Origin: Balanoglossus misakiensis
Taxonomy: Eukaryota; Animalia; Hemichordata
Reading direction: 5' to 3'
DNA length: 64,000 bases
NCBI GenBank assembly: GCA_040954595.2
Contig: CM082591.2
Span: 6,160,266-6,224,265, forward strand
The notes below the pieces were generated by a model, which was not told the DNA's origin, did not search any database, and saw only the letters and a program-made list of their open reading frames with translations. The position numbers and the translations under genes are program-made. Of this stretch, positions 11,901-25,192 are shown piece after piece (the first letter of the stretch is position 1; each line of letters opens with the position of its first letter).

Positions 11901-14900
11901 ACCGGTCAAGAACGCATCGACTTTCAACAGAACCATCAGTTGATCAGACAGCAATCCTGTACCGTCAGATGCTGTAGTGATTGTAACTGACAGATGGAAA
12001 TAATACGGTACTCCCATAACAACGTCCGCTGTCCCGTTAACTTGCAATGGGCTCTGAGTTGCCGGGGCCACTTGAACTAGATGAAAGGAATATAGGAGTT
12101 AACACAGAGAAATTCCACCAGGAAAACAACTGCGATAACTTCTTAGCTTCCATATTTCAAAATTCAAAATTTCCACCAAACAAAGAACAAAAATGTGCAA
12201 AAGTGCAACAATTTCTTTAAGCCTACCGATACAGGTTCCATTCACAGCCAGACAACAGGAAAGAACGTCGCCTCCAGACCATTTCCATGGAAACACGGAG
12301 TTACCACCAGGGAATACACCAATGCAGATAAACTTGACGTCGTCACAACCGATATCAACCAAGTCTGTTTCCATGAAAGTAACGTTATACATGGATATTG
12401 ATATGTTCGGTGAGATAGACAAGGTACCGGAAGTGACGTTGGTTGGTGGAGAAGTCACAAGAGCTGGGTCTTCCTCGGTAGTTTTCAGGTTCAAATTCAT
12501 GCCGAATACATGGTTAATTTCACTGGAGAACTGTGCTGTGTCCGGTCCAATCGCTATGCTAACGTCGAGGGAAAAGCGTTTCGATGAACCCATGACGAGG
12601 TCAGCATTACTATTGGAACTAACACTCACATCGAGAGATAGTCCGTCGATTTGATCTGAAGGGAATAAGAAAGCTAAACGTATATTTGATGGTCCAGTAA
12701 ACGTATATCTGCCAGCTTCATGTTCCATCGACAATCAATTTAAACATGTGCATCTGATACAAATGCACTGCAGAATGCTACATGTTCGAGTTGTATATCT
12801 ACAAGGATACGCACGAGAAAAATTACCCAGAAATAGTTGCATCTCTGAAGCTCTGATTACGAATAGAAACCATGATTTTAATTCTAACTCACGTGTACAA
12901 GTCGTCACCTGAACACAGTTTGTGATGCACCAGTCTTCGTAAAGCCACAAAAAGGGGGCGTCCTTCATAGGAGAAATGTCGGCGCATACATACGGGTACA
13001 TTGCACAGCCCATATCACGGAGGTCGTAGGTTGCCGTCAGGTTTTCCATGTTCACGTTTGAATTTGGAAGAATGACGGCCATTGTTGGAGAGATATGATC
13101 AGCTAATACTTTCTTCGAGTGTGGATGCCCTGTTGCATTGGCGGAGAAGTAGAGCTGAACGTCGAATAAGATATCCTCCATACTTGTGTAGTTTCCCGTA
13201 TCATTTCCGAGGTACAAATCAACACCAATGCATAACAACTGTGATGTTCCCATGGTTACGTTTATGTCTGCAAACACTTGCATATCAATTGGATCAATGG
13301 GGTCTGTGAAGAAGAGATGAAAAACCATTATGTATGAACATGGCATTGTGCATTGAAAACTTCCTGGAAATGGGTTATCCATGATTCTTAAGGCGGTACA
13401 TTGCATGTAATGAGTATTCAAAGTTCCGACTGATAGCTTACGTGTTTCTTAACCTGTAAAATAGAGTCACGCAAGTGTTGATACGGTACAAAAACGTCAC
13501 AAATGTCATGACATCAATCTAATGTTTGATAGGGGCTGTGGGAACGCCAAGACCTAATCATCATTATTGAACTTATATACTCACAGAGACAATCTCCTAT
13601 CTTTACACAGGCAGTTCTCTTCACGTCGCCTGTCCACTGCCAAACTTCTGTGTCAACTGGATAAATCTCAACACAAATGAAGTTGTAGTGGTTGCACGGT
13701 ATAGGATCTAAGTTGGTCTGAACATCTACTAGCACAGCCATATGATTAGAAAGTGTGACGTCATGTCCGGGTACAACAGCTGTTGTCCTGTGGGTCTGCG
13801 TTGCCCCCTCATCTCCTAGTGTTACGAGCGCTGACGTTTCTGTTGTATTGACATGCACGCCGGTTGTTTGGTCTGCACCACTGGAAGTCCCAGTTGCCAT
13901 TGTTGTATTACCCAGAGAGCTATTCGTGGGAGCAGTCTCTTGGGAAGCTGTCGACGAAACCAAGTCACCCCCAGCCCCGCTGACGTCAGAAACAGCCAGG
14001 AAAGCGTTGATTGAAAACAAATCCGCTGCAGTGCCCTCTACTGTTCGGCTGGCGTAAACGATCGGCAGTTCAATGTTCAAATGGAAGTCAATCTGCCGAC
14101 CTTGCACAACATCCGGGATATAATCAGGGTGGACGCGAAGGGTTGGAGTCGCACTGATCAATGCTTCCGAAAGAGAAAGAGATTTAACCACGTCATTTTG
14201 TGCTAGTGTCTATTTTAGGGTTAATAATTAATGTTAGCAAAGGCAACGTGAGATGGGTAGTTTATATAGCTGTTGTTACAAAATTGCAGCCATTGGTGTT
14301 ACTAACATGTCAAGTATCGTGTGATAAGGAACAGTGGCTAAAACTGGCCTACTAAGAAGAAGCAAAAAGACCAAGGGCAGATGGAAGCCAATCCATTTAT
14401 ATACGCACACGTATCTGCCATCGATGCCAACTAACAGCAACTATAGCGTTTATTTACCTACTCGCACACAGTGTTATTTTTGTTTAAATACATATTATAA
14501 CTGGCAAATAATTGAAAATCCAACAGAATACTGTAGAATTTTGTTCTGCACATTTATTGAAACACTCTGATCATTTTGACCATGGCAATACGTTTGGTAT
14601 GTTTAATTAGAAAAGGAGATTATGTTATCAATTACCTGGACCCGATGGTTGTGTTGTATGCAATGGCATGAGCGTTGTCTCAGGATTTCCAACGGACTGT
14701 CCCTTTCCACCAAGGCCGAACATTTCACCTTAAGAAGGAATCAACATATGCATGTACTCAAATTGCCTAACTAGGTTAGTATGAATACATACGAATATTT
14801 ATAAGTTAACGTGTGATTAAAGATGTTTGCATATTTCGAAGAGCAATACATTTTTACCCGCCTGCAAGAAAACTTGATAAAGGGAAGAAATTAAATGGTT

Positions 14901-15052
14901 GTTCTCTATTAAATCGTGATTGAGATGGACCAAAAATACATACCAGAAAATAGTCCAACCGCAGCACCACCACCAGCGAGTATCAGCCCCGCGGTGAGAA
15001 GGACTCCGATGATAACCTTCCGCCGCCGTTTTTGGCCCGTCTTGACATCGGT
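8984..15052 (-). CDS. Paralogue A: type-II membrane protein with 4 Cys-patterned stalk domains, 2-3 Cys-rich (hevein/chitin-binding-like) repeats and a C-terminal F-type-lectin/F5-8C-like domain; start codon unresolved
   Basis: Exons, mostly phase 1: 15052-14944 (KRRRK then VIIGVLLTAGLILAGGGAAVGLF), about 14728-14636, 14166-13584, 13303-12892, 12656-12228, 12076-11669, 10991-10827, 10415-10251, (9823-9710), 9602-9384 (NIAL...VDGDPNTCTRT...PTWVIDL) and 9213-8984 (GRYVTITK...ALCEFKVFG). Confidence 0.75.
9710..11110 (-). repeat. Tandem exon+intron duplication, about 2.5 units of 576-592 bp
   Basis: Three copies of the exon DNKWRGDRRCGP(S/N)FP(L/F)PDGSPAECDPDS..PCCS with near-identical flanking intron sequence. 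Exon starts are at 10991, 10415 and 9823. Confidence 0.92.
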
Positions 15053-15500
15053 CTGTGAAGCAAACCAAATATATATATTGTGACGTTCCCGCCTTTGAAA
15101 ACCGGTAGCGCAGACGGACCAGCTCTCTCCACACACGGCGGTCGGAACTCGCCGGAAAGCAAACGTCTCGTCGAAGATATCGGCCCACACCGAACTGCTA
15201 CGGCGAACACGACTTAGATCTCGCGATCGGTGACCCGGGGCTGGCTATCCGGTAGGGATTAAACCGGACTAATCAGGAAACGTTGCACAGAGCCGAAACT
15301 TGGGGCTAACACGTGACCCAGAACGCACTTCTGATTGGTGTAGAACCCACGAAGGGCAAGATGGGGAAACCCCTCCATCCGTGTCACTCATACAAGACAG
15401 CCCAGTAACGGTCACCATGGCAACACCACCACGAAAGTGAAGCCATACAAAACACCATGCAGAATAATAAATCACATGGAATGGCAATTCAATAACAATA

Positions 15501-15534
15501 GGGAGAGAGGGAGGGAGAGAGAGGATTGAGAGGG

Positions 15535-15572
<38 letters not shown>

Positions 15573-15632
15573 GAGGAGAGACAGAGAGAGAGGGGAGGGA
15601 GAGAGAGAAAGAAGAGAGAGAGGAGGGAGAGA
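15501..15632. repeat. GA-rich microsatellite (paralogous copy at about 32070-32199)
   Basis: (GA)n/(GGA)n runs. Confidence 0.9.
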
Positions 15633-16984
15633 TTATGCGTGTCGCTCGGCAACACTTGGTTTGAAAGGCGGTCGTCGTCTAGTCTGCGGCTGTTGGTATG
15701 GGTCGCATGTGACACACTTTCTAGCAGTACTTTTCTTACATGGGCGTACAATCTAACTGCTGCAGTGTCCAAATTGAAAGCAATATGTTTGGTACTTTGG
15801 TATTACAGTGTACATCACGGCAAACAGTTTGTCGATTAGTCATCACATTCCAAGTTCATTTGATTGACATATTGGTTAGCAAGATCCCCCTGAACAGTGG
15901 CAACAAGACATGAACATGACATCTATAACATGAAAGGAATCCACACTCTGAGGTCTTATCACAAGCCCAATGTGGTCTAAACATTATGCATCACTGTATA
16001 CATGTAGACAAAAGTTGTCTCAACATTGAATAACTGGGTAGCGACCATAAATTGATTCCCTGAATGTTCACTCTTGTCCGTTGTACACGATGTAGAGATT
16101 GAGTACAGTTTACAAGTATTTCAGCATGTTTCAAGCAGTAAAACACCATGAAAAGCTTTTCATTTTAAACAAAATTCTCTTTAAGGTTGAAATTACTCGT
16201 GATGACTCTTTTGCTCCGACTGAATTAGCTTGACGTAAGCTATTAAATTCTTTCAGAAATTGTTTTGACTGAACGATGAAAACTGCCTTATTAATACTGC
16301 ACAATTGTTACAAGAAATTTCTCAAGTTTGGACTTCCCATCAGGTCGACGTCATCCTAAATCCGAAGATAGCTGTTTGTTTACCACGGCAAAAAACTTCA
16401 TATCAAACATTCATATCATGCAGTTATTACAGCCAGATGGTAAGCTGCTACAATTCCACGTTTCAAGTCCATAATCGCCCTTTCCCCTTACCTTATCCCT
16501 AAATGGCGCCACTTTATTGTTTTTCATCTCGGAGGTGAAATAACTTCAGTTTCGTCCCCTTCCTTTCTATCACAGTACTTCACTTTCGGTGAGCGTCTCT
16601 GACTTGGGTCGACGTCGGCAAGTCTCGCGAAATCCAACAAGTGAATCTAGTTTTGTTCTCTGTTCTCAAAGTGACACGCAGCACATTTTGAATATTGCAA
16701 AGACTTGGAATGTTTTGAGGGCTATTATGTTTTTTGTCTGTCACCGACGGTCATACCACTTTGAACACAGGAAAAATAACTTTGGGCAGAAAAACGTAGC
16801 TAGGCAACACAAATTTAGTTTAGAATGGTATAAAACGTTCATTGTTCAGGTAAAATTATCTTAGTGGGAACCGATGGAACACTATTCATCATTTTAAGAA
16901 AGAACATAGCCCAGTGTGTCGTATTTCAATTGAGATTACAACCATAATACATATATCCTGTCCTAAGGTAATTGAATAGTTTAA

Positions 16985-17604
16985 AGGGGAAATCCGCTGT
17001 AGCTGATTTCTACATAATTTGGTAGCTTTGATGTCTCTCTTTCAGAAAAAAACATATTCGCCATGTATAGGTCGCGCGATTTTTTACAAAATCTAGGGAA
17101 AGTTGGCAGAATTTCCAATATGGCGTTTACTGTAATTTGAATCATGGGAAAAAAAAGCGCCAGGAGCAACTTCCGCCCACCATGGTGTGGGTGATACCAT
17201 TCTCCGATTGGTGTCACTGGGCGACAGACTAGGCGTATTTTCATAGCTATTGTTTGTTCTTTGCATCAGTTGATAAACAATCATCAGCAAAGTCGAAAAT
17301 TTGTCATCTATTGACAGTTTTCATGAGCTATAACCCATGAAAAATATGCAAATACGCTTAGCTTGTGACACAGTGACACCAATCGGAAAATGGTATCACC
17401 CACACCAAGGTGGGCGGAAGTTGGTCCTGGCGCTTTTTTTCCCATGATTCAAATTACAGTAAACGCCATATTGGAAATTCTGCCAACTTTCCCTCAACTT
17501 TTTAAAAAATCGCGCGACTTATACATGGTGAACATGTATTTTTCTGAAAGAGAGACATCAAAGCTACCAAATTATGTAGAAATCAGCTACAGCGGATTTC
17601 CCCT
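16985..17604. mobile_element. Kolobok-like MITE (620 bp) with about 250-bp TIRs
   Basis: TTAA TSD at 16981-16984 and 17605-17608; termini AGGGGAAATCCGCTGTAGCTG...CAGCTACAGCGGATTTCCCCT. The empty site GAATAGTTTAATAATATAATCCG is seen at about 21000, 24408 and 33541. Confidence 0.92.
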
Positions 17605-17926
17605 TTAATAATATAATCCGCTCCGACGAATAAGAGGATTGAAGGTGTACCGGTTCATTATTTTCCACTTTGTTCTTAGGTTATAGCTGCAGACCATGCA
17701 AGAAGGTTTGCTTTCATGGGACCACATGGTTTGAAAGGGTGTTAAAAGTTTGCCACAGGCCTGCCTACTCAAGTTGCTCGCTTCATTTTGCTCCGGTGTT
17801 CTTATATGAGCGAGCCGCATTCTCTATAAGTTGGCAATTGAAATTTTTAATACATTTTCTAATACCCCCTCCCCCGGAATCTTCCTTCCATGCTTACTGG
17901 AGTAATATTGCCTGATGATGACGACA

Positions 17927-18262
17927 ATGCATGCATGCATACATGCATGCATGCATGCGTGCGTGCGTGCGTACGTCCGTACGTACGTACGTACGTACAT
18001 ACATACGTACGTACGTACGTACATACACACATACATACATACATACATACATACATACATACATACATACATACATACATACATACATACATACATACAT
18101 ACATACATACATACATACATACATACATACATACATACATACATACATACATACATACATACATACATACATACATACATACATACATACATACATACAT
18201 ACATACATACATACATACATACATACATACATACATACATACATACATACATACATACATAC
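17927..18262. repeat. Compound microsatellite (ATGC)n(GTGC)n(GTAC)n(ACAT)n
   Basis: Read directly from the sequence. Confidence 0.97.
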
Positions 18263-19103
18263 GTCCTCTGCTCTTTTGAGTGCATCTTTACATCATTTGC
18301 ATATCTTGATTAGGTTGTTGGTCCGCCTAATTGTCTCAAAATGTAACCTTTGAGTATTTGATAAAAACAATTGCAACATTTTGGTCAATAATCGTTTGAC
18401 ATTCTGTAGTCATGTGACAAAAAGAATCAAAACACACCGAGAACTGGAATAGAATTTCACAACTTATGCAAGATGCTTTTGTGTGAGATTATACTGGTCT
18501 CAAAACGCTGGTTGTCGGCACGTTGGTCCCAGACACAGTCCCTCAAGAAAGGGTTTCCCGACCGTCTCTCTTGAGGGACTGTGTCCCAGAGTATGTCATC
18601 GCAGAACGTTGAACTTTGACCCGTACCTATCACCGGCCACGCTTCCGCCATTCTTGAAATTCGCGAGAGGCGTATATTGTCCAACAGGCACTACAGCATT
18701 GTCTGTCTGTAATGGGGGGTTACTTGAAAGAATTGCTAACAGGGGGAAATCACTCTTCTGTGGCAAACGCACAGTCATCTTGGGTGTAGCCCCCGCTTTG
18801 TGATAGAGCGCAGAGGGAATGTGATTATAAAGCCTGCCAGTTCCCAGGCGAACTGTCAGAACGGCCCGCACAACAACAGACACCTGTTGCCGGTCGCTCG
18901 GCAGGAAGAGCGATTCGCGACTCAGTATGGCTTTGACGAGGTAGATGACCTTGTCACACCACGTCCCACGCTCTTGAAGGACAGTGTTCCGCCGACCGAT
19001 ATTCTCCGAAATCAAACCTTGACTACACGCCCTAACGCACGCGGTTATCAATGATACCAAAGTGTGGTCGCCTTCAGACCTCTATAAAAATCTATGTTTA
19101 GCA

Positions 19104-19528
19104 TAGTCTCGGTTACCCAGAGCCCTCTGCTTCTTCCGTTAGGCACTCCAGAAAGAGGGTCTGGGGAAACCCGGTAGACAAATCGCCAGGCGGAATCGGG
19201 ACAGCTGCGATGCATGACGGGAGATTAATATTCGATACGATATTATGATATGACGATATTAGAAAACTTTTACCAAACTTCTCTCTCTCTTTTCAATTTG
19301 TATACAGTTTTAGCAGGTCTAGCACTTCTCAGCATGTTTTCTTTATCGTATGTCATACATGTCGGCCGTGGGTTCGCGCGCAGGACGTCGCCATTTTGGA
19401 ATATTAATCTCCCGTCATGCATCGCAGCTGTCCCGATTCCGCCTGGCGATTTGTCTACCGGGTTTCCCCAGACCCTCTTTCTGGAGTGCCTAACGGAAGA
19501 AGCAGAGGGCTCTGGGTAACCGAGACTA
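19104..19528. mobile_element. Non-autonomous DNA transposon (425 bp), TAG...CTA termini, about 130-bp perfect TIRs, imperfect 9-bp TSD (AcademH- or MULE-like)
   Basis: TAGTCTCGGTTACCCAGAGCCC... and ...GGGCTCTGGGTAACCGAGACTA. Flanks are TGTTTAGCA and TGTTGAGCA; the empty site TGTTCAGCA is at about 34859. Confidence 0.85.
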
Positions 19529-21326
19529 TGTTGAGCATGGTCTCGCCGTTAACATTCACGTTAGCATTCACGGTCAACAAATTTGCTTCCAAATAAACAA
19601 TAGACAAAAAGGTGTTTACATGCCCATGTCAGCAAAGGTAGCCTTTAAGAAAAGCAGCCTAACCACACATTTTGTATCTTCCGACTTAGTCGTAGACCAT
19701 ACAATATATTTAGGTCAGTTTTATTGAACTTCGTTTGAAATAGCTCTAGTGGTCTTGTCGATAATGCGACCTGAATGTTTGCTATGCGTGCTACGCTAAT
19801 TGCCCTGTACAACATGTACACACACTGCGTTGTAGTCGAAAGTCTTTTCCTGACCGGCAGGTTTGTTGAATCATGGACGTATTGCTTCGTCTCCTCTTAA
19901 ATGCAAAAAATTAGACGTAGGACCCTTGAACTTTTGAAGTGAGAGTGATTTTAAAATGTCTTGTTTTTTTAGCATGCTTATAAAGATCGGTTCGCCATTT
20001 GGTCAAATATGCGTCGATTTTTTCTGTTTTCACTTCTTTATGTTCGTTACATCGAGACAAAAAAATGGTGATAATTTTACAGTAATTTACCACTTCTTTG
20101 TGACTTAAACAGCAAGTTTTTCGTGAGTACTGCTGAGAGCACCCGAGGGGGTGTGTCACTGTGTATGTTGACAGCGGCAACGGTCACCCGACGTCAAAAG
20201 ACAGCGAAGACAAAGAGAACACAATAGGTGTGAATGGGCTTAAGCGACAGTCCTAAGTCCTTCTCTTTTTATATATTCTAACATCAGCGAAAATGCAATT
20301 TGTGCTTATGGGAGAAATACTTTATCATATGTAGACCAAATATGGACACACCGAACAAGCAAGAGAAAAAGAGAGAGGGGGAGGGAGAGAAAGAGAGGGA
20401 GAGAGAGGGGAGGGATGGTGTGTGAGAGAGAGGGGGGAAGAGAGAGAGAGAGAGACTGACAGACAGATTATGTGTCGCTCGGAAACGCTTGGTTTAATCA
20501 CGCGTTTCACTTACCTTATCCCTAAATGGTGCCACCTTACTGCTTTTCATCTCGGAAGTGAAATAACTTCTGTTTCGTCCCCTTCCTTTCTATCACAGTG
20601 CTCCACTTTCGGGGAGCGTCTCTGACTTGGGTCGACGTCGGCAAGTCTGGCGATATCAAACAAGTGCATCTAGTTTTGTTCTCTGTTTTCAAAGTGACAC
20701 GCAGCACATTTGAATATTGCAAAGACTTGGAAAGTTTTGAGGGCTATTATGTTTATTGTCACCGACGGTTTTGTGATACCACTTTGAACACAGGAAAAAT
20801 AACTTTGGGCAGAAAAACGTAGCTAGGCAACACAAATTTAGTTTAGAATGGTATAAAACGTTCATTTGTTCAGGTAAAATTATCTTAGTGGGAACCGATG
20901 GAAAACTATTCATCATTTTAAGAAAGAACATAGCCCAGTGTGTCGTATTTCAATTGAGATTACAACCATAATACATATATCCTGTCCTAAGGTAATTGAA
21001 TAGTTTAATAATATAATCCGCTCCGACGAATAAGAGGATTGAAGGTGTACCGGTTCATTATTTTCCACTTTGTTCTTAGGTTATAGCTGCAGACCATGCA
21101 AGAAGGTTTGCTTTCATGGGACCACATGGTTTGAAAGGGTGTTAAAAGTTTGCCACAGGCCTGCCTACTCAAGTTGCTCGCTTCATTTTGCTCCGGTGTT
21201 CTTATATGAGCGAGCCGCATTCTCTATAAGTTGGCAATTGAAATTTTTAATACATTTTCTAATACCCCCTCCCCCGGAATCTTCCTTCCATGCTTACTGG
21301 AGTAATATTGCCTGATGATGACGACA

Positions 21327-21671
21327 ATGCATGCATGCATGCGTGCGTACGTCCGTACGTACGTACGTACATACATACGTACGTACGTACGTACATACAC
21401 ACATACATACATACATACATACATACATACATACATACATACATACATACATACATACATACATACATACATACATACATACATACATACATACATACAT
21501 ACATACATACATACATACATACATACATACATACATACATACATACATACATACATACATACATACATACATACATACATACATACATACATACATACAT
21601 ACATACATACATACATACATACATACATACATACATACATACATACATACATACATACATACATACATACG
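21327..21671. repeat. Compound (ACAT)n microsatellite, second copy
   Basis: Read directly from the sequence. Confidence 0.97.
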
Positions 21672-22511
21672 TCCTCTGCTCTTTTGAGTGCATCTTTACC
21701 TCATTTGCATATCTTGATTAGGTTGTTGGTCCGCCTAATTGTCTCAAAATGTAACCTTTGAGTATTTGATAAAAACAATTGCAACATTTTGGTCAATAAT
21801 CGTTTGACATTCTGTAGTCATGTGACAAAAAGAATCAAAACACACCGAGAACTGGAATAGAATTTCACAACTTATGCAAGATGCTTTTGTGTGAGATTAT
21901 ACTGGTCTCAAAACGCTGGTTGTCGGCACGTTGGTCCCAGACACAGTCCCTCAAGAAAGGGTTTCCCGACCGTCTCTCTTGAGGGACTGTGTCCCAGAGT
22001 ATGTCATCGCAGAACGTTGAACTTTGACCCGTACCTATCACCGGCCACGCTTCCGCCATTCTTGAAATTCGCGAGAGGCGTATATTGTCCAACAGGCACT
22101 ACAGCATTGTCTGTCTGTAATGGGGGGTTACTTGAAAGAATTGCTAACAGGGGGAAATCACTCTTCTGTGGCAAACGCACAGTCATCTTGGGTGTAGCCC
22201 CCGCTTTGTGATAGAGCGCAGAGGGAATGTGATTATAAAGCCTGCCAGTTCCCAGGCGAACTGTCAGAACGGCCCGCACAACAACAGACACCTGTTGCCG
22301 GTCGCTCGGCAGGAAGAGCGATTCGCGACTCAGTATGGCTTTGACGAGGTAGATGACCTTGTCACACCACGTCCCACGCTCTTGAAGGACAGTGTTCCGC
22401 CGACCGATATTCTCCGAAATCAAACCTTGACTACACGCCCTAACGCACGCGGTTATCAATGATACCAAAGTGTGGTCGCCTTCAGACCTCTATAAAAATC
22501 TATGTTTAGCA

Positions 22512-22936
22512 TAGTCTCGGTTACCCAGAGCCCTCTGCTTCTTCCGTTAGGCACTCCAGAAAGAGGGTCTGGGGAAACCCGGTAGACAAATCGCCAGGCG
22601 GAATCGGGACAGCTGCGATGCATGACGGGAGATTAATATTCGATACGATATTATGATATGACGATATTAGAAAACTTTTACCAAACTTCTCTCTCTCTTT
22701 TCAATTTGTATACAGTTTTAGCAGGTCTAGCACTTCTCAGCATGTTTTCTTTATCGTATGTCATACATGTCGGCCGTGGGTTCGCGCGCAGGACGTCGCC
22801 ATTTTGGAATATTAATCTCCCGTCATGCATCGCAGCTGTCCCGATTCCGCCTGGCGATTTGTCTACCGGGTTTCCCCAGACCCTCTTTCTGGAGTGCCTA
22901 ACGGAAGAAGCAGAGGGCTCTGGGTAACCGAGACTA
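22512..22936. mobile_element. Second copy of the 425-bp TIR element, duplicated passively with the tandem unit
   Basis: Same sequence and same flanks as 19104-19528, at +3408. Confidence 0.85.
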
Positions 22937-24734
22937 TGTTGAGCATGGTCTCGCCGTTAACATTCACGTTAGCATTCACGGTCAACAAATTTGCTTCCAA
23001 ATAAACAATAGACAAAAAGGTGTTTACATGCCCATGTCAGCAAAGGTAGCCTTTAAGAAAAGCAGCCTAACCACACATTTTGTATCTTCCGACTTAGTCG
23101 TAGACCATACAATATATTTAGGTCAGTTTTATTGAACTTCGTTTGAAATAGCTCTAGTGGTCTTGTCGATAATGCGACCTGAATGTTTGCTATGCGTGCT
23201 ACGCTAATTGCCCTGTACAACATGTACACACACTGCGTTGTAGTCGAAAGTCTTTTCCTGACCGGCAGGTTTGTTGAATCATGGACGTATTGCTTCGTCT
23301 CCTCTTAAATGCAAAAAATTAGACGTAGGACCCTTGAACTTTTGAAGTGAGAGTGATTTTAAAATGTCTTGTTTTTTTAGCATGCTTATAAAGATCGGTT
23401 CGCCATTTGGTCAAATATGCGTCGATTTTTTCTGTTTTCACTTCTTTATGTTCGTTACATCGAGACAAAAAAATGGTGATAATTTTACAGTAATTTACCA
23501 CTTCTTTGTGACTTAAACAGCAAGTTTTTCGTGAGTACTGCTGAGAGCACCCGAGGGGGTGTGTCACTGTGTATGTTGACAGCGGCAACGGTCACCCGAC
23601 GTCAAAAGACAGCGAAGACAAAGAGAACACAATAGGTGTGAATGGGCTTAAGCGACAGTCCTAAGTCCTTCTCTTTTTATATATTCTAACATCAGCGAAA
23701 ATGCAATTTGTGCTTATGGGAGAAATACTTTATCATATGTAGACCAAATATGGACACACCGAACAAGCAAGAGAAAAAGAGAGAGGGGGAGGGAGAGAAA
23801 GAGAGGGAGAGAGAGGGGAGGGATGGTGTGTGAGAGAGAGGGGGGAAGAGAGAGAGAGAGAGACTGACAGACAGATTATGTGTCGCTCGGAAACGCTTGG
23901 TTTAATCACGCGTTTCACTTACCTTATCCCTAAATGGTGCCACCTTACTGCTTTTCATCTCGGAAGTGAAATAACTTCTGTTTCGTCCCCTTCCTTTCTA
24001 TCACAGTGCTCCACTTTCGGGGAGCGTCTCTGACTTGGGTCGACGTCGGCAAGTCTGGCGATATCAAACAAGTGCATCTAGTTTTGTTCTCTGTTTTCAA
24101 AGTGACACGCAGCACATTTGAATATTGCAAAGACTTGGAAAGTTTTGAGGGCTATTATGTTTATTGTCACCGACGGTTTTGTGATACCACTTTGAACACA
24201 GGAAAAATAACTTTGGGCAGAAAAACGTAGCTAGGCAACACAAATTTAGTTTAGAATGGTATAAAACGTTCATTTGTTCAGGTAAAATTATCTTAGTGGG
24301 AACCGATGGAAAACTATTCATCATTTTAAGAAAGAACATAGCCCAGTGTGTCGTATTTCAATTGAGATTACAACCATAATACATATATCCTGTCCTAAGG
24401 TAATTGAATAGTTTAATAATATAATCCGCTCCGACGAATAAGAGGATTGAAGGTGTACCGGTTCATTATTTTCCACTTTGTTCTTAGGTTATAGCTGCAG
24501 ACCATGCAAGAAGGTTTGCTTTCATGGGACCACATGGTTTGAAAGGGTGTTAAAGGTTTGCCACAGGCCTGCCTACTCAAGTTGCTCGCTTTATTTTGCT
24601 CCGGTGTTCTTATATGAGCGAGCCGCATTCTCTATAAGTTGGCAATTGAAATTTTTAATACATTTTCTAATACCCCCTCCCCCGGAATCTTCCTTCCATG
24701 CTTACTGGAGTAATATTGCCTGATGATGACGACA

Positions 24735-25192
24735 ATGCATGCATGCATACATGCATGCATGCATGCGTGCGTGCGTGCGTACGTCCGTACGTACGTACGT
24801 ACATACATACGTACGTACGTACGTACATACACACATACATACATACATACATACATACATACATACATACATACATACATACATACATACATACATACAT
24901 ACATACATACATACATACATACATACATACATACATACATACATACATACATACATACATACATACATACATACATACATACATACATACATACATACAT
25001 ACATACATACATACATACATACATACATACATACATACATACATACATACATACATACATACATACATACATACATACATACATACATACATACATACAT
25101 ACATACATACATACATACATACATACATACATACATACATACATACATACATACATACATACATACATACATACATACATACATACATACAT
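24735..25192. repeat. Compound (ACAT)n microsatellite, third and longest copy, at the duplication breakpoint
   Basis: Read directly; unique sequence follows at 25193. Confidence 0.97.

Larger units (their letters stand above)
11640..19870. repeat. Segmental duplication, copy 1 (partner at about 28260-35160)
   Basis: Near-identical ORFs and introns at a constant offset of 16569 bp (12099/28668, 13514/30083, 14817/31386). Homology continues past the MITE (17605 to 33548) as far as about 19870/35160. Confidence 0.95.
17605..25192. repeat. Tandem amplification with a 3408-bp unit (about 2.2 units from here; homology also extends back to about 16490)
   Basis: Identical ORF sets recur at +3408 (18457/21865, 19250/22658, 20325/23733, 21005/24413). 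The last unit ends in an (ACAT)n tract at 25192. Confidence 0.95.

Noticed and set aside
12193-14057. Plus-strand ORFs overlapping the stalk exons (also 27502-27939 and 28762-30626)
   Set aside because: Antisense shadows of the real minus-strand exons, with no motifs or splice support of their own.
14909-15772. ORFs offering a start codon for paralogue A
   Set aside because: The in-frame upstream extension has no ATG before a stop, and the other ORFs run through the GA microsatellite. The true 5' exon cannot be fixed from sequence alone.
16985-17604. piggyBac assignment for the TTAA-flanked elements
   Set aside because: The termini begin AG rather than CC, which fits Kolobok better.
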